Counted from the stretch's first letter, positions 6,933 through 15,560 are shown. The stretch is 42,266 nucleotides of DNA from a virus (IMGVR_UViG_3300037483_001185:1-42266), one strand, 5' to 3'. The notes: generated by a model from the sequence alone, not told the origin. Numbers and translations are program-made.

Positions 6933-7037
6933 GGCTCGGCCGGGTGCGGCGGGGCACGGCATGGCGGGGCGGGGCACGGCTCGGCAGGGCCCGGCGCGGC
7001 GGGGCTCGGCGGGGTGAGGCCCGGCATGGTTAGGCAA
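6933..7037 (+). ncRNA. GGY-NN pentamer array 2 (21 units), putative guide RNA
   Basis: NN: TC CG GC GG AC AT GG GG AC TC AG CC GC GG TC GG GA CC AT TA AA; ends GGCAAGGG like array 1. Confidence 0.75.
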
Positions 7038-7082
7038 GGGCAGTTACTAGCAATCCAAGACCAGAACGTGGTACTGCCTGCG

Positions 7083-7107
7083 GGGGCCGGTTTCTCAGGC
7101 CGGCCCC
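7083..7107 (+). other. GC hairpin downstream of array 2
   Basis: GGGGCCGG/CCGGCCCC stem, no U tract. Confidence 0.5.
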
Positions 7108-7136
7108 TGGGGCGGGGAGAAGGGGAGAGGCGAACG

Positions 7137-7379
7137 ATGCGACATGATGGATTGGGAGTGAGCGACCATAGCGACCTGGGCCAATCATTGCGCTGCCGGC
7201 GCAAACAGGCCGGGCTAACGCTCAATGAACTCAGCGAGCGCTGCGGGGTGTCAGTGTCGCATCTGTCTGAGATAGAACGGGGCATAACAGCACCATCCAT
7301 CTGGTCGTTGGGTCAGATTGCCAACGTGTATGGCCTTGAACTTTTCATAGGCTTTCGCCGCAAGGAGTCAACCCCGTGA
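7137..7379 (+). CDS. XRE-family HTH protein
   Basis: LRCRRKQAGLTLNELSERCGVSVSHLSEIERGITAPS; GGAGAGG RBS. Confidence 0.85.
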   Translation: MRHDGLGVSDHSDLGQSLRCRRKQAGLTLNELSERCGVSVSHLSEIERGITAPSIWSLGQIANVYGLELFIGFRRKESTP

Positions 7380-7600
7380 ACGCATTATTTGAACAGTTGG
7401 GTGAAAGCCTGGACCTCGAATCCTACGAGTGGCTCATCGGCGCCGAGCCGCTCATCGCCGCCGGCCTGGAAGCCGCCATCCGGCAGGGTGCCACGCCGGA
7501 ACAGGTACGGCGTTTTACCGTACGCCGCACCGGTCGCCAGGAGTTGGCGCTGCGGCTGGAACAGGCGGCCAGGTATCTGGTCAAACTCGGGGAGGAGTAG
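7376..7600 (+). CDS. Hypothetical protein
   Basis: AAGGAG RBS; GTGA overlap. Confidence 0.7.
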   Translation: MNALFEQLGESLDLESYEWLIGAEPLIAAGLEAAIRQGATPEQVRRFTVRRTGRQELALRLEQAARYLVKLGEE

Positions 7601-7606
7601 GGAGCT

Positions 7607-8698
7607 ATGCCAACCATCAAAGACGACGGCGATGCGCAGACATACTTCGCATCGATCCCTAACCTGATTGACGACATGGATCTTTCGGTGTATGCCTATC
7701 GGCTTTACGGCCATCTCAAGCGAGTAATCGGCGCATCCGGCAAAGGCGTCTGCTACAAGTCCACTAGGATGCTGGCTGAACAATGCCGGATGTCGATGGG
7801 CAAGGTGAGCGAAGCCAAGCGGGAACTGGAAGAGGCCGGCCTTATCGTCGTTCAGCGCCAGGAATCCAGCCAATGGAAACGGGATCAAATCACACTGGTG
7901 GACGTCTGGCCGCGCAACATGGCGGCCTATGCACCCAAAGTCGAACAAACAACGCCGGTAGCGGAAGAGGATGCACCATCCTGTTCACCACATGAACAGG
8001 CGCCTGTTCACCACATGAACACCTGTTCACCACATGAACACTCTGTTCACCACATGAACACACCTGTTCACCTGGTGAACACTAAAGAAAAACCTTATAA
8101 AGAACAACCCTCCAAAGAAGAGGGGGAGGGGGAAGACGCGCGCGAGTCCTGGCAGCCGCAAATGGAAGATCCCTCCCAGCCTCCCCCCACCCCCACCAAA
8201 CGAGCACACGTCACTTCCAGCAATATCGACCCGCGCAAGATCGGGCAGGACGGCCTGATCCCCACCGGCCAAGGCGCTACACCTCTGGAGGTCTATCGGG
8301 AATTCTTCGACCTCACCCCCACGGCCTACCAGATCAAGACCATGATGCGGGAGGTGAGCGATCTAGGCCTATGGCGGGAGATCCTGCAAAAGTGGTGCCT
8401 GGCCGGCCACCGCAGTAACAGCTTCGACAATCTACTCGACATCTACCACCACGGTTGGAGGACGAACGGCAATGGACAATCCCCGAAAAACGGTAGTCCC
8501 CGCAGCGCCAACGCAACAGCGGGGGCGTACAGGGCGCATGGAACGGGTCAGCTATCAGCCGAACAGACTGAACAATACGAACGAGCCAAGCGGCGTCAAG
8601 CAGAACGCTTCGAGCAAAAGGTTGCAGAACTTGCAGCCACCGGACGAACGTCTATGTCCAACATGCCTGGGAATGCGTTTCGTCTACGTGACCAATGA
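7607..8698 (+). CDS. Phage replication initiator (N-terminal winged HTH, internal iterons)
   Basis: FASIPNLIDD.DLSVYAYRLYGHL..STRMLAEQCRMS..ELEEAGLI; iterons mid-gene; followed by a DnaC-like loader. Confidence 0.8.
   Translation: MPTIKDDGDAQTYFASIPNLIDDMDLSVYAYRLYGHLKRVIGASGKGVCYKSTRMLAEQCRMSMGKVSEAKRELEEAGLIVVQRQESSQWKRDQITLVDVWPRNMAAYAPKVEQTTPVAEEDAPSCSPHEQAPVHHMNTCSPHEHSVHHMNTPVHLVNTKEKPYKEQPSKEEGEGEDARESWQPQMEDPSQPPPTPTKRAHVTSSNIDPRKIGQDGLIPTGQGATPLEVYREFFDLTPTAYQIKTMMREVSDLGLWREILQKWCLAGHRSNSFDNLLDIYHHGWRTNGNGQSPKNGSPRSANATAGAYRAHGTGQLSAEQTEQYERAKRRQAERFEQKVAELAATGRTSMSNMPGNAFRLRDQ
7981..8081. repeat. Five 18-bp palindromic iterons (probable replication origin)
   Basis: CTGTTCACCACATGAACA at 7981, 8004, 8023 and 8043; variant CTGTTCACCTGGTGAACA at 8064; A-rich tract follows. 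Confidence 0.85.
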
Positions 8699-9431
8699 CA
8701 CGAACGATCCCCGTTTCGGTAAGCCGTTTCCTTGCCCGGCCGGCTGCAATGCTGAAGCAGGACGGCGCAAACTAGCGGAAATGTCCGGGTTGATAGGTGA
8801 CCAGTTGCTCTGGGATTTCCGGTTGGCCTGGCGGGGGGGACAACAAGCAGCAGCAAGGTATCTTCAGATGTGTCTGGCTACAGACCCACCGGCGGGTTTC
8901 TCGCTCCTCTCTGGTGGTTACGGTACGGGCAAGACTCACATGCTATGTGCCACCGTAAACCAGGCCAGGGCTGCCGGCTGGACATCCGTTTACACGAACG
9001 CGGAACAGCTTTTGGAACACTTCCGTCACGCATACGATCCCAAGGTTGAAAATGTGACGTTCGATGGCCTTTGGCAGCGGGTAATGGATGCTCGTGTGCT
9101 CTGCATCGACGAGTTGGATCGGTACAACCCTACAGCCTGGGCACAGGCAAAAATGTTCCAGTTGCTCGACGATCGCTATGAAGCGGCTCTCTATGGCGGT
9201 GCTCGGGAACGCCGGTTGACCGTGCTGGCTACCAACCTTCGTCCGCACGAATTGCCGGAATCTCTCTATAGTCGGCTAATGGATTCCGATTCAGCAGTGT
9301 TCGACCTGTGGGATGTGTCGGACATGCGCCAGCAAAAAACAGGCCTCGCCCGTGCGGCGAACACAGGCGAGGCCACCAACAGAGACGCGCTCCAGACACC
9401 AACACCAAGAAAGGACAAGACACAACCATGA
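8472..9431 (+). CDS. DnaC/IstB-like AAA+ helicase loader (true start probably near 8622)
   Basis: CPTC..CPAGC zinc motif, Walker A GGYGTGKTH, Walker B LCIDELD, TVLATN, SRL. Confidence 0.85.
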   Translation: MDNPRKTVVPAAPTQQRGRTGRMERVSYQPNRLNNTNEPSGVKQNASSKRLQNLQPPDERLCPTCLGMRFVYVTNDTNDPRFGKPFPCPAGCNAEAGRRKLAEMSGLIGDQLLWDFRLAWRGGQQAAARYLQMCLATDPPAGFSLLSGGYGTGKTHMLCATVNQARAAGWTSVYTNAEQLLEHFRHAYDPKVENVTFDGLWQRVMDARVLCIDELDRYNPTAWAQAKMFQLLDDRYEAALYGGARERRLTVLATNLRPHELPESLYSRLMDSDSAVFDLWDVSDMRQQKTGLARAANTGEATNRDALQTPTPRKDKTQP

Positions 9432-11743
9432 TAGCAGATTTGAGAGGCGAGAGCAAGAGGCAGAGCGTGACTGAGTACGAAGAGTTCATTGCTTCCAAAC
9501 GTATCACAGACCGTCCTTCGGGCATCGATGTATCGCTGAATGCTATCCATTCTAAATTGTTCTCGTTTCAGCGCGATATCGTGAAGTGGGCCTGTAAAAA
9601 AGGGCGGGCCGCCATTTTTGCCGATACGGGACTGGGCAAAACTTTAATCCAGGGAGAATGGGCCAGGCTTCTGGGGCAAAATACGCTCATTATTGCCCCG
9701 CTGTCAGTGGCTCGCCAAACCGTCAAACTATTGGCAGGTATTGGTGCCGAAGTGCGTTACGTGCGCAATCAGGAGCAAGTGACGCCAGGCCATAACCTGT
9801 GGATCACCAATTACGAGATGGTAGATAAATTCGACGCTGCTCAATTCGGTGCCGTAGTACTGGATGAATCCAGCATCCTCAAGGCGCTGGACGGCAAAAC
9901 AAGGCGCTTGTTGACTGAAATGTTCATCTCTATACCATATCGGCTTTGCTGTACAGCTACTCCCGCCCCAAATGACCGGGCAGAAATTGGTAATCATTCT
10001 GAGTTTCTGGGGATTACTAGTACGTCTGACATGCTCGCCATGTTCTTTGTCCATGCCAATCGAGAGGTTGTGACCGAGATTAGCGGCGTACGTTTGCGCA
10101 AGAAACTAGGCAATGACAACGGTCAGGAATGGCGGCTCAAGCATCATGCTGAGGATGCATTCTACCGATGGATGGCATCATGGGCTATGTCCATTCGTAG
10201 ACCGTCCGATCTGGGATATGACGATGATGGATTCATCCTGCCGCCGCTGCATATCACCCCTGTTTGGATGGATCATGAGTTTCTGCACGATGGGCAACTC
10301 GTATTCACCGGGCTGAATGGCCTGAGTGGTCAACGAGCCGTACGCCGAAAAACCATTGATGAGCGTTGTCAGATTGCTGCCGATATGGTGAATGACGGCA
10401 GCGAACAATGGATCGTATGGACCGGCCTGAACGATGAAAGTGCCCTGGTATCTAGTCTGATTCCCGATTGCGTTGAGGTAGCCGGCAGTGATTCACCAGA
10501 AGCCAAGGCGGAGGCAATTGAGGCATTCCAGGATGGTGCCTATCGAGTTCTGGTAACTAAAACCAGCATCGCCGGATTCGGAATGAATTTCCAAAATGCC
10601 CACAACCAGATTTTTGTTGGTCTGAGTTATTCGTGGGAAGAATGGTATCAGGCCATCCGGCGTTGCTATCGGTTTGGACAAATCTATCCGGTGAATATAT
10701 ACGTCATACTGACAGAGGCCGAGCGCGAGGTTTATGACACGATCATGAGCAAGGAAGCCGTGGCACGTGAGATGAGCGAACAGTTGATCCAACACGTCAG
10801 GGGATACGAAATGGACGAATTGATTGCCGGCGAAGAGGGCGTGATCGAATACAAGGAAGTCACGTCCAGGGGTGCCAACTGGACAGCGATGTTGGGTGAC
10901 AGTTGTCAGCGACTTGGTGAATTGGCCGATGATAGCATCGATCTTTCGGTCTACTCCCCTCCGTTTGCCGACCTGTACACCTACAGCAATAGCGAAATGG
11001 ATCTGGGGAATTCCAGGAGCTATGGTGAGTTTTTCGATCACTACGGATTCATCATCCGGCAATTGCTGCGGGTGACTAAGCCAGGTCGAGCGACTTGTGT
11101 TCATACCGCTGACATCCCAGCCATGATGGCCCGAGACGGCTACATCGGTATGAAGGATTTTCCGGGCGATGTGATTAGGGCCTATGAGGCGAATGGATGG
11201 ATCTATACCGGCTATGCCGTAGTGGCAAAGAACCCACAAGCTCAGGCCATTCGCACCAAGGCAAAGGCGCTGCTGTTCACTCAATTGCGTAAAGATTCCA
11301 GTGAGAGCCGGCCCGCTATCCTGGATCGGGTGTTGTTCTTCCGCAAACCGGGTGAGAATGCCATACCGATTACACCGGTTGCCAACGGTGAGATGAACAA
11401 TGAAACTTGGATTGATTGGGCGGGTGGGATCTGGACTGGAATCAGTGAGGGGGATACCTTGCGTTACCATGCGGCCAGGGACGCTGACGATGAAAAGCAT
11501 ATCTGTCCCTTGCAATTGGGGACTATCGAACGGTGCATTAAGCTCTACTCAAATCCTGGTGAAGTAGTTCTGACTCCATTCATGGGCATCGGCTCCGAAG
11601 TGTATGAGGCCATTCGTTTGGGCCGTAATGGTATTGGAATTGAACTCAAACCATCCTATTTTCAAATCGCCGTGAAGAATCTCCGGGAGATAGAGACAGC
11701 GACATCCATGCCTACGCTGTTTAGTTTGGAGGCAGTCGACTAA
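9428..11743 (+). CDS. SNF2-type helicase fused to an amino (N4/N6) DNA methyltransferase
   Basis: ADTGLGKT, VVLDESS, TATPAPN, QAIRRCYRFGQ; then YSPPF, HICPLQ, VLTPFMGIGS, GIGIELKPSYF. Confidence 0.9.
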   Translation: MIADLRGESKRQSVTEYEEFIASKRITDRPSGIDVSLNAIHSKLFSFQRDIVKWACKKGRAAIFADTGLGKTLIQGEWARLLGQNTLIIAPLSVARQTVKLLAGIGAEVRYVRNQEQVTPGHNLWITNYEMVDKFDAAQFGAVVLDESSILKALDGKTRRLLTEMFISIPYRLCCTATPAPNDRAEIGNHSEFLGITSTSDMLAMFFVHANREVVTEISGVRLRKKLGNDNGQEWRLKHHAEDAFYRWMASWAMSIRRPSDLGYDDDGFILPPLHITPVWMDHEFLHDGQLVFTGLNGLSGQRAVRRKTIDERCQIAADMVNDGSEQWIVWTGLNDESALVSSLIPDCVEVAGSDSPEAKAEAIEAFQDGAYRVLVTKTSIAGFGMNFQNAHNQIFVGLSYSWEEWYQAIRRCYRFGQIYPVNIYVILTEAEREVYDTIMSKEAVAREMSEQLIQHVRGYEMDELIAGEEGVIEYKEVTSRGANWTAMLGDSCQRLGELADDSIDLSVYSPPFADLYTYSNSEMDLGNSRSYGEFFDHYGFIIRQLLRVTKPGRATCVHTADIPAMMARDGYIGMKDFPGDVIRAYEANGWIYTGYAVVAKNPQAQAIRTKAKALLFTQLRKDSSESRPAILDRVLFFRKPGENAIPITPVANGEMNNETWIDWAGGIWTGISEGDTLRYHAARDADDEKHICPLQLGTIERCIKLYSNPGEVVLTPFMGIGSEVYEAIRLGRNGIGIELKPSYFQIAVKNLREIETATSMPTLFSLEAVD

Positions 11744-12048
11744 TGGAGACCAGAGCGCAGTACCACGCCAACGGCGGCCCGCCCCCCACTTCGGAGCCGG
11801 CTACCGGCGCCATCCACGTCACGCCTCGCCAGCGTGAAATCCTGTGCCTGGTGGCCCACGGCTGGCAGGCACCCGAGATTGCCCGCTACCTGTGCCTATC
11901 GCGCAGCACCGTCAATGACCATCTGGGTTTCGCCTACCACCGCATCGGCGCCGTCAACGCCGCCCACGCCGTCGCCATCCTCCTGAGCGCCGGCATCATC
12001 ACCTACCGGCCCGAGTTGGCAGCGCAGCGGGGGGAGGTGACGCCGTGA
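11743..12048 (+). CDS. LuxR-type HTH regulator
   Basis: VTPRQREILCLVAHGWQAPEIARYLCLSRSTVNDHL. Confidence 0.85.
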   Translation: METRAQYHANGGPPPTSEPATGAIHVTPRQREILCLVAHGWQAPEIARYLCLSRSTVNDHLGFAYHRIGAVNAAHAVAILLSAGIITYRPELAAQRGEVTP

Positions 12049-12332
12049 CAGTCAAAGAATATCTCGACGCCTGTGTAAGCGCATTGGACCATAACACCCC
12101 GCTTGCATGGCCGGCCTACCAGACCAACCCCGAAGGCGTGTGGCGCTACATCGCCCGCAACATCGGGCATGGCTTGCAAGCGTGGCCGGAAGCGGAATGG
12201 ACGCGGGAAATCAACTCACTTTACAGTCGTGTCCTGGTCGTGCACGCGTTCCATTTGAGAGGAGGCGTGACCGTGAACGCCAAAACATTCAACGGCTGGA
12301 TATTGACGGCAGCCAGGGAGGTGACACTGTGA
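12045..12332 (+). CDS. Hypothetical protein
   Basis: GGAGG RBS; GTGA overlaps on both sides. Confidence 0.7.
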   Translation: MTVKEYLDACVSALDHNTPLAWPAYQTNPEGVWRYIARNIGHGLQAWPEAEWTREINSLYSRVLVVHAFHLRGGVTVNAKTFNGWILTAAREVTL

Positions 12333-12913
12333 GCCAGCACGCCAACGGGCAGGCAAGTCTCTACGCCTCCCTGTGCCTGCTTGCCGAGGACGTGGCGGCC
12401 AGGCTAGTCGAGCCGGACGATGCCGGCATGGAAACCCTCTGCGATGCCGGCGCCGTCGACGGCCTCGTGGAGATAGCAAATCTCCTGAACCAGGCGGCCC
12501 GTATCGCCGCCCGTCCCGGCGTGCGCAGGCTGCTGCAAGAGGCGACGGTCACAGACCCGGCCAGCCGGCGCTTGCAGGAGCTGCTGGCCAGTGGCGGTTG
12601 CCAGCCGGCAAGGAAAGAGGAGCCGGCGCCGGCGCCAGTGCCAGCACACAAGACCCGGCGCTCAGCCACGGTGGAACAGGCGCTGGCGCAACTGCAAAAG
12701 CGGGCGCTGACTATCCAGCAGTTGGCCGACGTGCTGGAAATCTCGCGGCCCATGGCCGGCCTGAAGGTGCAAGCGCTGCGCCGGTTGCATCTGGTTGAAG
12801 CGGCGGGTAAAGCGCCGTCACCGCAGGGACAATGGCCGCTTCTGTGGCGGGCGGTGGGGATGAACGGGAACGGAAAGGGGAACGACAATGGATATGTCCG
12901 ACAGGGAACTTGA
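12329..12913 (+). CDS. Protein with a C-terminal winged-helix-like domain
   Basis: GGAGG RBS with GTG start; LTIQQLADVLEISRPMAGLKVQALRRLHLVE. Confidence 0.65.
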   Translation: MSQHANGQASLYASLCLLAEDVAARLVEPDDAGMETLCDAGAVDGLVEIANLLNQAARIAARPGVRRLLQEATVTDPASRRLQELLASGGCQPARKEEPAPAPVPAHKTRRSATVEQALAQLQKRALTIQQLADVLEISRPMAGLKVQALRRLHLVEAAGKAPSPQGQWPLLWRAVGMNGNGKGNDNGYVRQGT

Positions 12914-13322
12914 CGCACTGGTGGCGGAAGAGGTGATGGAGTGGCGATGGCGGGCATTCAAAAGTGACCGGAATGCACCGAAGTGGGCAAAGGACATCTA
13001 TCCGCCCGATGCTATTGAACTTGAATGGCCCGATGAACCCGGTGCTCCACCACTGGCAGAACTGCCCTATCTACGTTCTGCTCATTACCTCGATATGCCT
13101 CATTATAGTTCCGATATCGCCGCCGCCTGGCAGGTGGTGGAGAAGATGCGAGAGAACTGGTTCATTGCAATCAGCACCACGATAGAAGGCGGCTGGATGG
13201 TTATCATCCGGCGTCATGGCTATTCTAACACGTTAGAGGTCACATCAATTGATTCAGCCCCCCGGGCCATCTGCCTGGCTGTGCTGAAGGCACTCGGTGT
13301 GGAGGTGGACGATGGACGCTAA
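12888..13322 (+). CDS. Phage ABA-sandwich (BC1872-like) protein
   Basis: RELDALVAEEVMEW..PHYSSDIAAAWQVVEKM..SAPRAICLAVLKA. Confidence 0.8.
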   Translation: MDMSDRELDALVAEEVMEWRWRAFKSDRNAPKWAKDIYPPDAIELEWPDEPGAPPLAELPYLRSAHYLDMPHYSSDIAAAWQVVEKMRENWFIAISTTIEGGWMVIIRRHGYSNTLEVTSIDSAPRAICLAVLKALGVEVDDGR

Positions 13323-13659
13323 AGGATACGCCAGCCTGGCCTACGAGCGGGGTTGGGACGTGACGGACCTGGCCGAGATGCTGGCCAATCGGGACAGGGC
13401 GATTGAGAACCTGCGCGAGAGCAACGCCAGCCTGGCGGATGGGCTGCGTGAGTGCAAGCGTGGGAAGGCGAAACTGTTGGACCGGGTACATGGCAATACG
13501 CCGGTGGCTGGTGCCTCGGCTACTACCGTGGACGTGGTAGCTGCTGACGCCACGGTAGTAGGTGCCGTCATCCGGCCGGCGAGGGTGCGCCTGGTGGAGG
13601 AGGGCGGGCAAATCGGGGGGACGATGGAAGAGGAGAGGACGGTGCAAGATGGCGCCTGA
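13312..13659 (+). CDS. Coiled-coil hypothetical protein
   Basis: GGAGG RBS; in operon. Confidence 0.55.
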   Translation: MDAKGYASLAYERGWDVTDLAEMLANRDRAIENLRESNASLADGLRECKRGKAKLLDRVHGNTPVAGASATTVDVVAADATVVGAVIRPARVRLVEEGGQIGGTMEEERTVQDGA

Positions 13660-13960
13660 TGCCCACTGGGACATCCGCTTCAGGAAAGGCGAGTTCTGGG
13701 CCGTAGACCAGAACTCTCTCACTGAGACCTGCCACTACGGCACGAAAGAGGACCTCTATGCCGAGATTCGCCTGCGTCTGGCCGGCTGGCGCATCGTCTC
13801 TATGGGCAGCCTGCACTGGCAAGTCGTCAACGTTCACACGGGCGAGGCGTCGGGTAGATACACGTCACCGGCAGGTGCCTGGGAGGGCGTAGCGGCGTGG
13901 GAGCGACGGAAGGAGCAGGTTGCCCCCAAACCGCACACAACGGGCCAGGATGGGCGATAG
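13649..13960 (+). CDS. Hypothetical protein (MAPDAHWDIRF...)
   Basis: Trp-rich ORF in operon; internal start of the track ORF. Confidence 0.55.
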   Translation: MAPDAHWDIRFRKGEFWAVDQNSLTETCHYGTKEDLYAEIRLRLAGWRIVSMGSLHWQVVNVHTGEASGRYTSPAGAWEGVAAWERRKEQVAPKPHTTGQDGR

Positions 13961-14000
13961 TCAGTCTATAGTACTTCCGTACTCAAAAAGGAGGCAAGGC

Positions 14001-14285
14001 GTGAAAACTACAGTCATGACCCAGGGTACAGGTGGCAATCAGGGCATCGTGAGCGACGGCACCGAGCCGCTCTCCCGCGTGGAGTCCATCGTTTGGGCCA
14101 CCATCCGCACCGGCAATACGACGCCCGCCGCCATGCTGCGCGAACTGGCCACCCGCTCTCGGGAGGACTACGTGGCGGCCATCCAGGCTGCCGGCCTGCA
14201 CATCGGGATGGATATGTTGCAGCGGGCGGTGATAAATGTGCGCCAGCAGTTGGAGGAAACCGAAAACGGGGAGGCGGCAGACTGA
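14001..14285 (+). CDS. Hypothetical protein
   Basis: AAGGAGG RBS before the GTG at 14001. Confidence 0.6.
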   Translation: MKTTVMTQGTGGNQGIVSDGTEPLSRVESIVWATIRTGNTTPAAMLRELATRSREDYVAAIQAAGLHIGMDMLQRAVINVRQQLEETENGEAAD

Positions 14286-14479
14286 TGAAAAGAGATCCGG
14301 TACTCAAGGTCAGCGTGTTTGAGAACGACGCCGGCAACAGGGCCGTGCGCGTGTTGCGCACCTGGAGCGAACGCACCTGGCTTCTCCCAACGCCGGCCTC
14401 CATGGCCAGGGCACGCCGGGCGCAACAGTGGCTGCGAGAACAGCGGGAGTGGAGACCCGAGAGGCGGGAGAGGGGATAG
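14285..14479 (+). CDS. Hypothetical protein (MKRDPVLKVSVFEN...)
   Basis: GGAGG RBS; TGATG overlap. Confidence 0.6.
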   Translation: MKRDPVLKVSVFENDAGNRAVRVLRTWSERTWLLPTPASMARARRAQQWLREQREWRPERRERG

Positions 14480-14481
14480 TT

Positions 14482-14931
14482 ATGTCTGAGTTTCCCGAGA
14501 TGGTTGCAGCCGAGTTGGCTCGAGCAAGGGAGAAAAACGCAAAGTTCAATAGCCTGCATGAGGGGTATGCCGTTCTGCTTGAAGAAATAGATGAGTTGTG
14601 GGATGAGATCAAGCGGAAAAGTTCGGAACGCAATAGTCTAAAGGTCATTGAGGAAGTGACTCAAGTGGCCGCCATGGCCCAGCGCCTCGCGGAAGATTGC
14701 CTGCTCTCGGATGACTATGATGATACGGAATGCTGGCTCTGTGTCTGCGGCAACTACATCACCAACGGCCTGCACTGTCCAGTCTGCGGGCTGGAGCCGC
14801 CTTGGGGATGCCCATGCAGCGAGTGCCAGAACCCGGATGATTACGACCCGGAGATGGATTTCGGGCTTGAGATTGACCCGTATGCAATTGAGCCCTACGA
14901 GGATGAGCCATGCGAAGAGGAGAGGAGTTGA
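14482..14931 (+). CDS. MazG-like all-alpha NTP pyrophosphatase fold with a C-terminal Cys-rich domain
   Basis: ELARAREK..FNSLHEGYAVLLEEIDELWDEIK..EEVTQVAAMA; then CVCG..CPVC..CPCSEC. Confidence 0.7.
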   Translation: MSEFPEMVAAELARAREKNAKFNSLHEGYAVLLEEIDELWDEIKRKSSERNSLKVIEEVTQVAAMAQRLAEDCLLSDDYDDTECWLCVCGNYITNGLHCPVCGLEPPWGCPCSECQNPDDYDPEMDFGLEIDPYAIEPYEDEPCEEERS

Positions 14932-14933
14932 CG

Positions 14934-15113
14934 ATGCTCATCGCACTGGCCTTCTATCTGGGAGTAGGCGCCGGGCTGGCCTATGCCACCTGGCTGGATG
15001 ACCCCATCCTCCAGTTAGGCCCATGGTGGCAAATAGCCGCCGGCGCTGTCGTGGTCATGGTACTCTGGTTGCCCATGGCTATCGCTGCAAATTTTCTATC
15101 CGCTCAGCTATGA
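14934..15113 (+). CDS. Small two-TM membrane protein
   Basis: Two hydrophobic segments; AGGAG RBS. Confidence 0.6.
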   Translation: MLIALAFYLGVGAGLAYATWLDDPILQLGPWWQIAAGAVVVMVLWLPMAIAANFLSAQL

Positions 15114-15124
15114 CACAGAAAGGA

Positions 15125-15349
15125 ATGCTGACCATGTACCCTGACTACGCATGCGGCAGCGATAATGACACAACCTACTGGCGTATCGGTACCAGCGACA
15201 CAACCGACAATGGTGACATGCGTTGGGATGACGACGAACCCGAACGCCCGCCCTGCGAGCCGCTGCCCTGGGCACCCATGCGCCCGCGCTGGCACCTGCG
15301 CATCCGCTGTAACAGGCCGGCGCGCAAGCCGGCGTACGGGCGGGCGTGA
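15125..15349 (+). CDS. Hypothetical protein
   Basis: AGAAAGGA RBS; start at 15125 or 15134. Confidence 0.45.
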   Translation: MLTMYPDYACGSDNDTTYWRIGTSDTTDNGDMRWDDDEPERPPCEPLPWAPMRPRWHLRIRCNRPARKPAYGRA

Positions 15350-15459
15350 TGCTCCTCTTCCTGGCCGGCCTGTTTGTAGGTGTCTGCCTGGCTGTGTGTG
15401 CTATCGGCGTGGCGGACATCCTATGCGAGGAGCGGAAACGGGGGGAAGCGCCATGGTAG
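15349..15459 (+). CDS. 36-aa membrane peptide (MLLFLAGLFVGVCLAVCAIG...)
   Basis: Read by hand; TGATG coupling. Confidence 0.5.
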   Translation: MLLFLAGLFVGVCLAVCAIGVADILCEERKRGEAPW

Positions 15460-15560
15460 CCTGGTACTGGCTGGTCGTGGCCGCCATCGTCAGCGCCTGT
15501 TTCGGCGCCAGCATCATGGCGCTGGCAGCCATGGCCGGACGGGACAATGCAAGCTGGTAG
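15453..15560 (+). CDS. 35-aa membrane peptide (MVAWYWLVVAAIVSACFGASIMALAAMAG...)
   Basis: GGGGGAA RBS; single TM; last gene of the rightward operon. Confidence 0.55.
   Translation: MVAWYWLVVAAIVSACFGASIMALAAMAGRDNASW

Noticed and set aside
6784-7037. CRISPR array or simple microsatellite
   Set aside because: No 23-50 bp repeats with spacers; the variable NN with invariant GGY is not slippage-like
6615-7379. 254-aa ORF reading through the pentamer arrays into the HTH (and shadow ORFs 6683-7300, 6756-7037, 6812-7033)
   Set aside because: The low-complexity ARQGxAW translation is a by-product of stop-poor GGCNN repeats; the HTH has its own RBS and ATG at 7137
10493-11515. 340-aa minus-strand ORF
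   Set aside because: Antisense shadow of the helicase-methyltransferase gene
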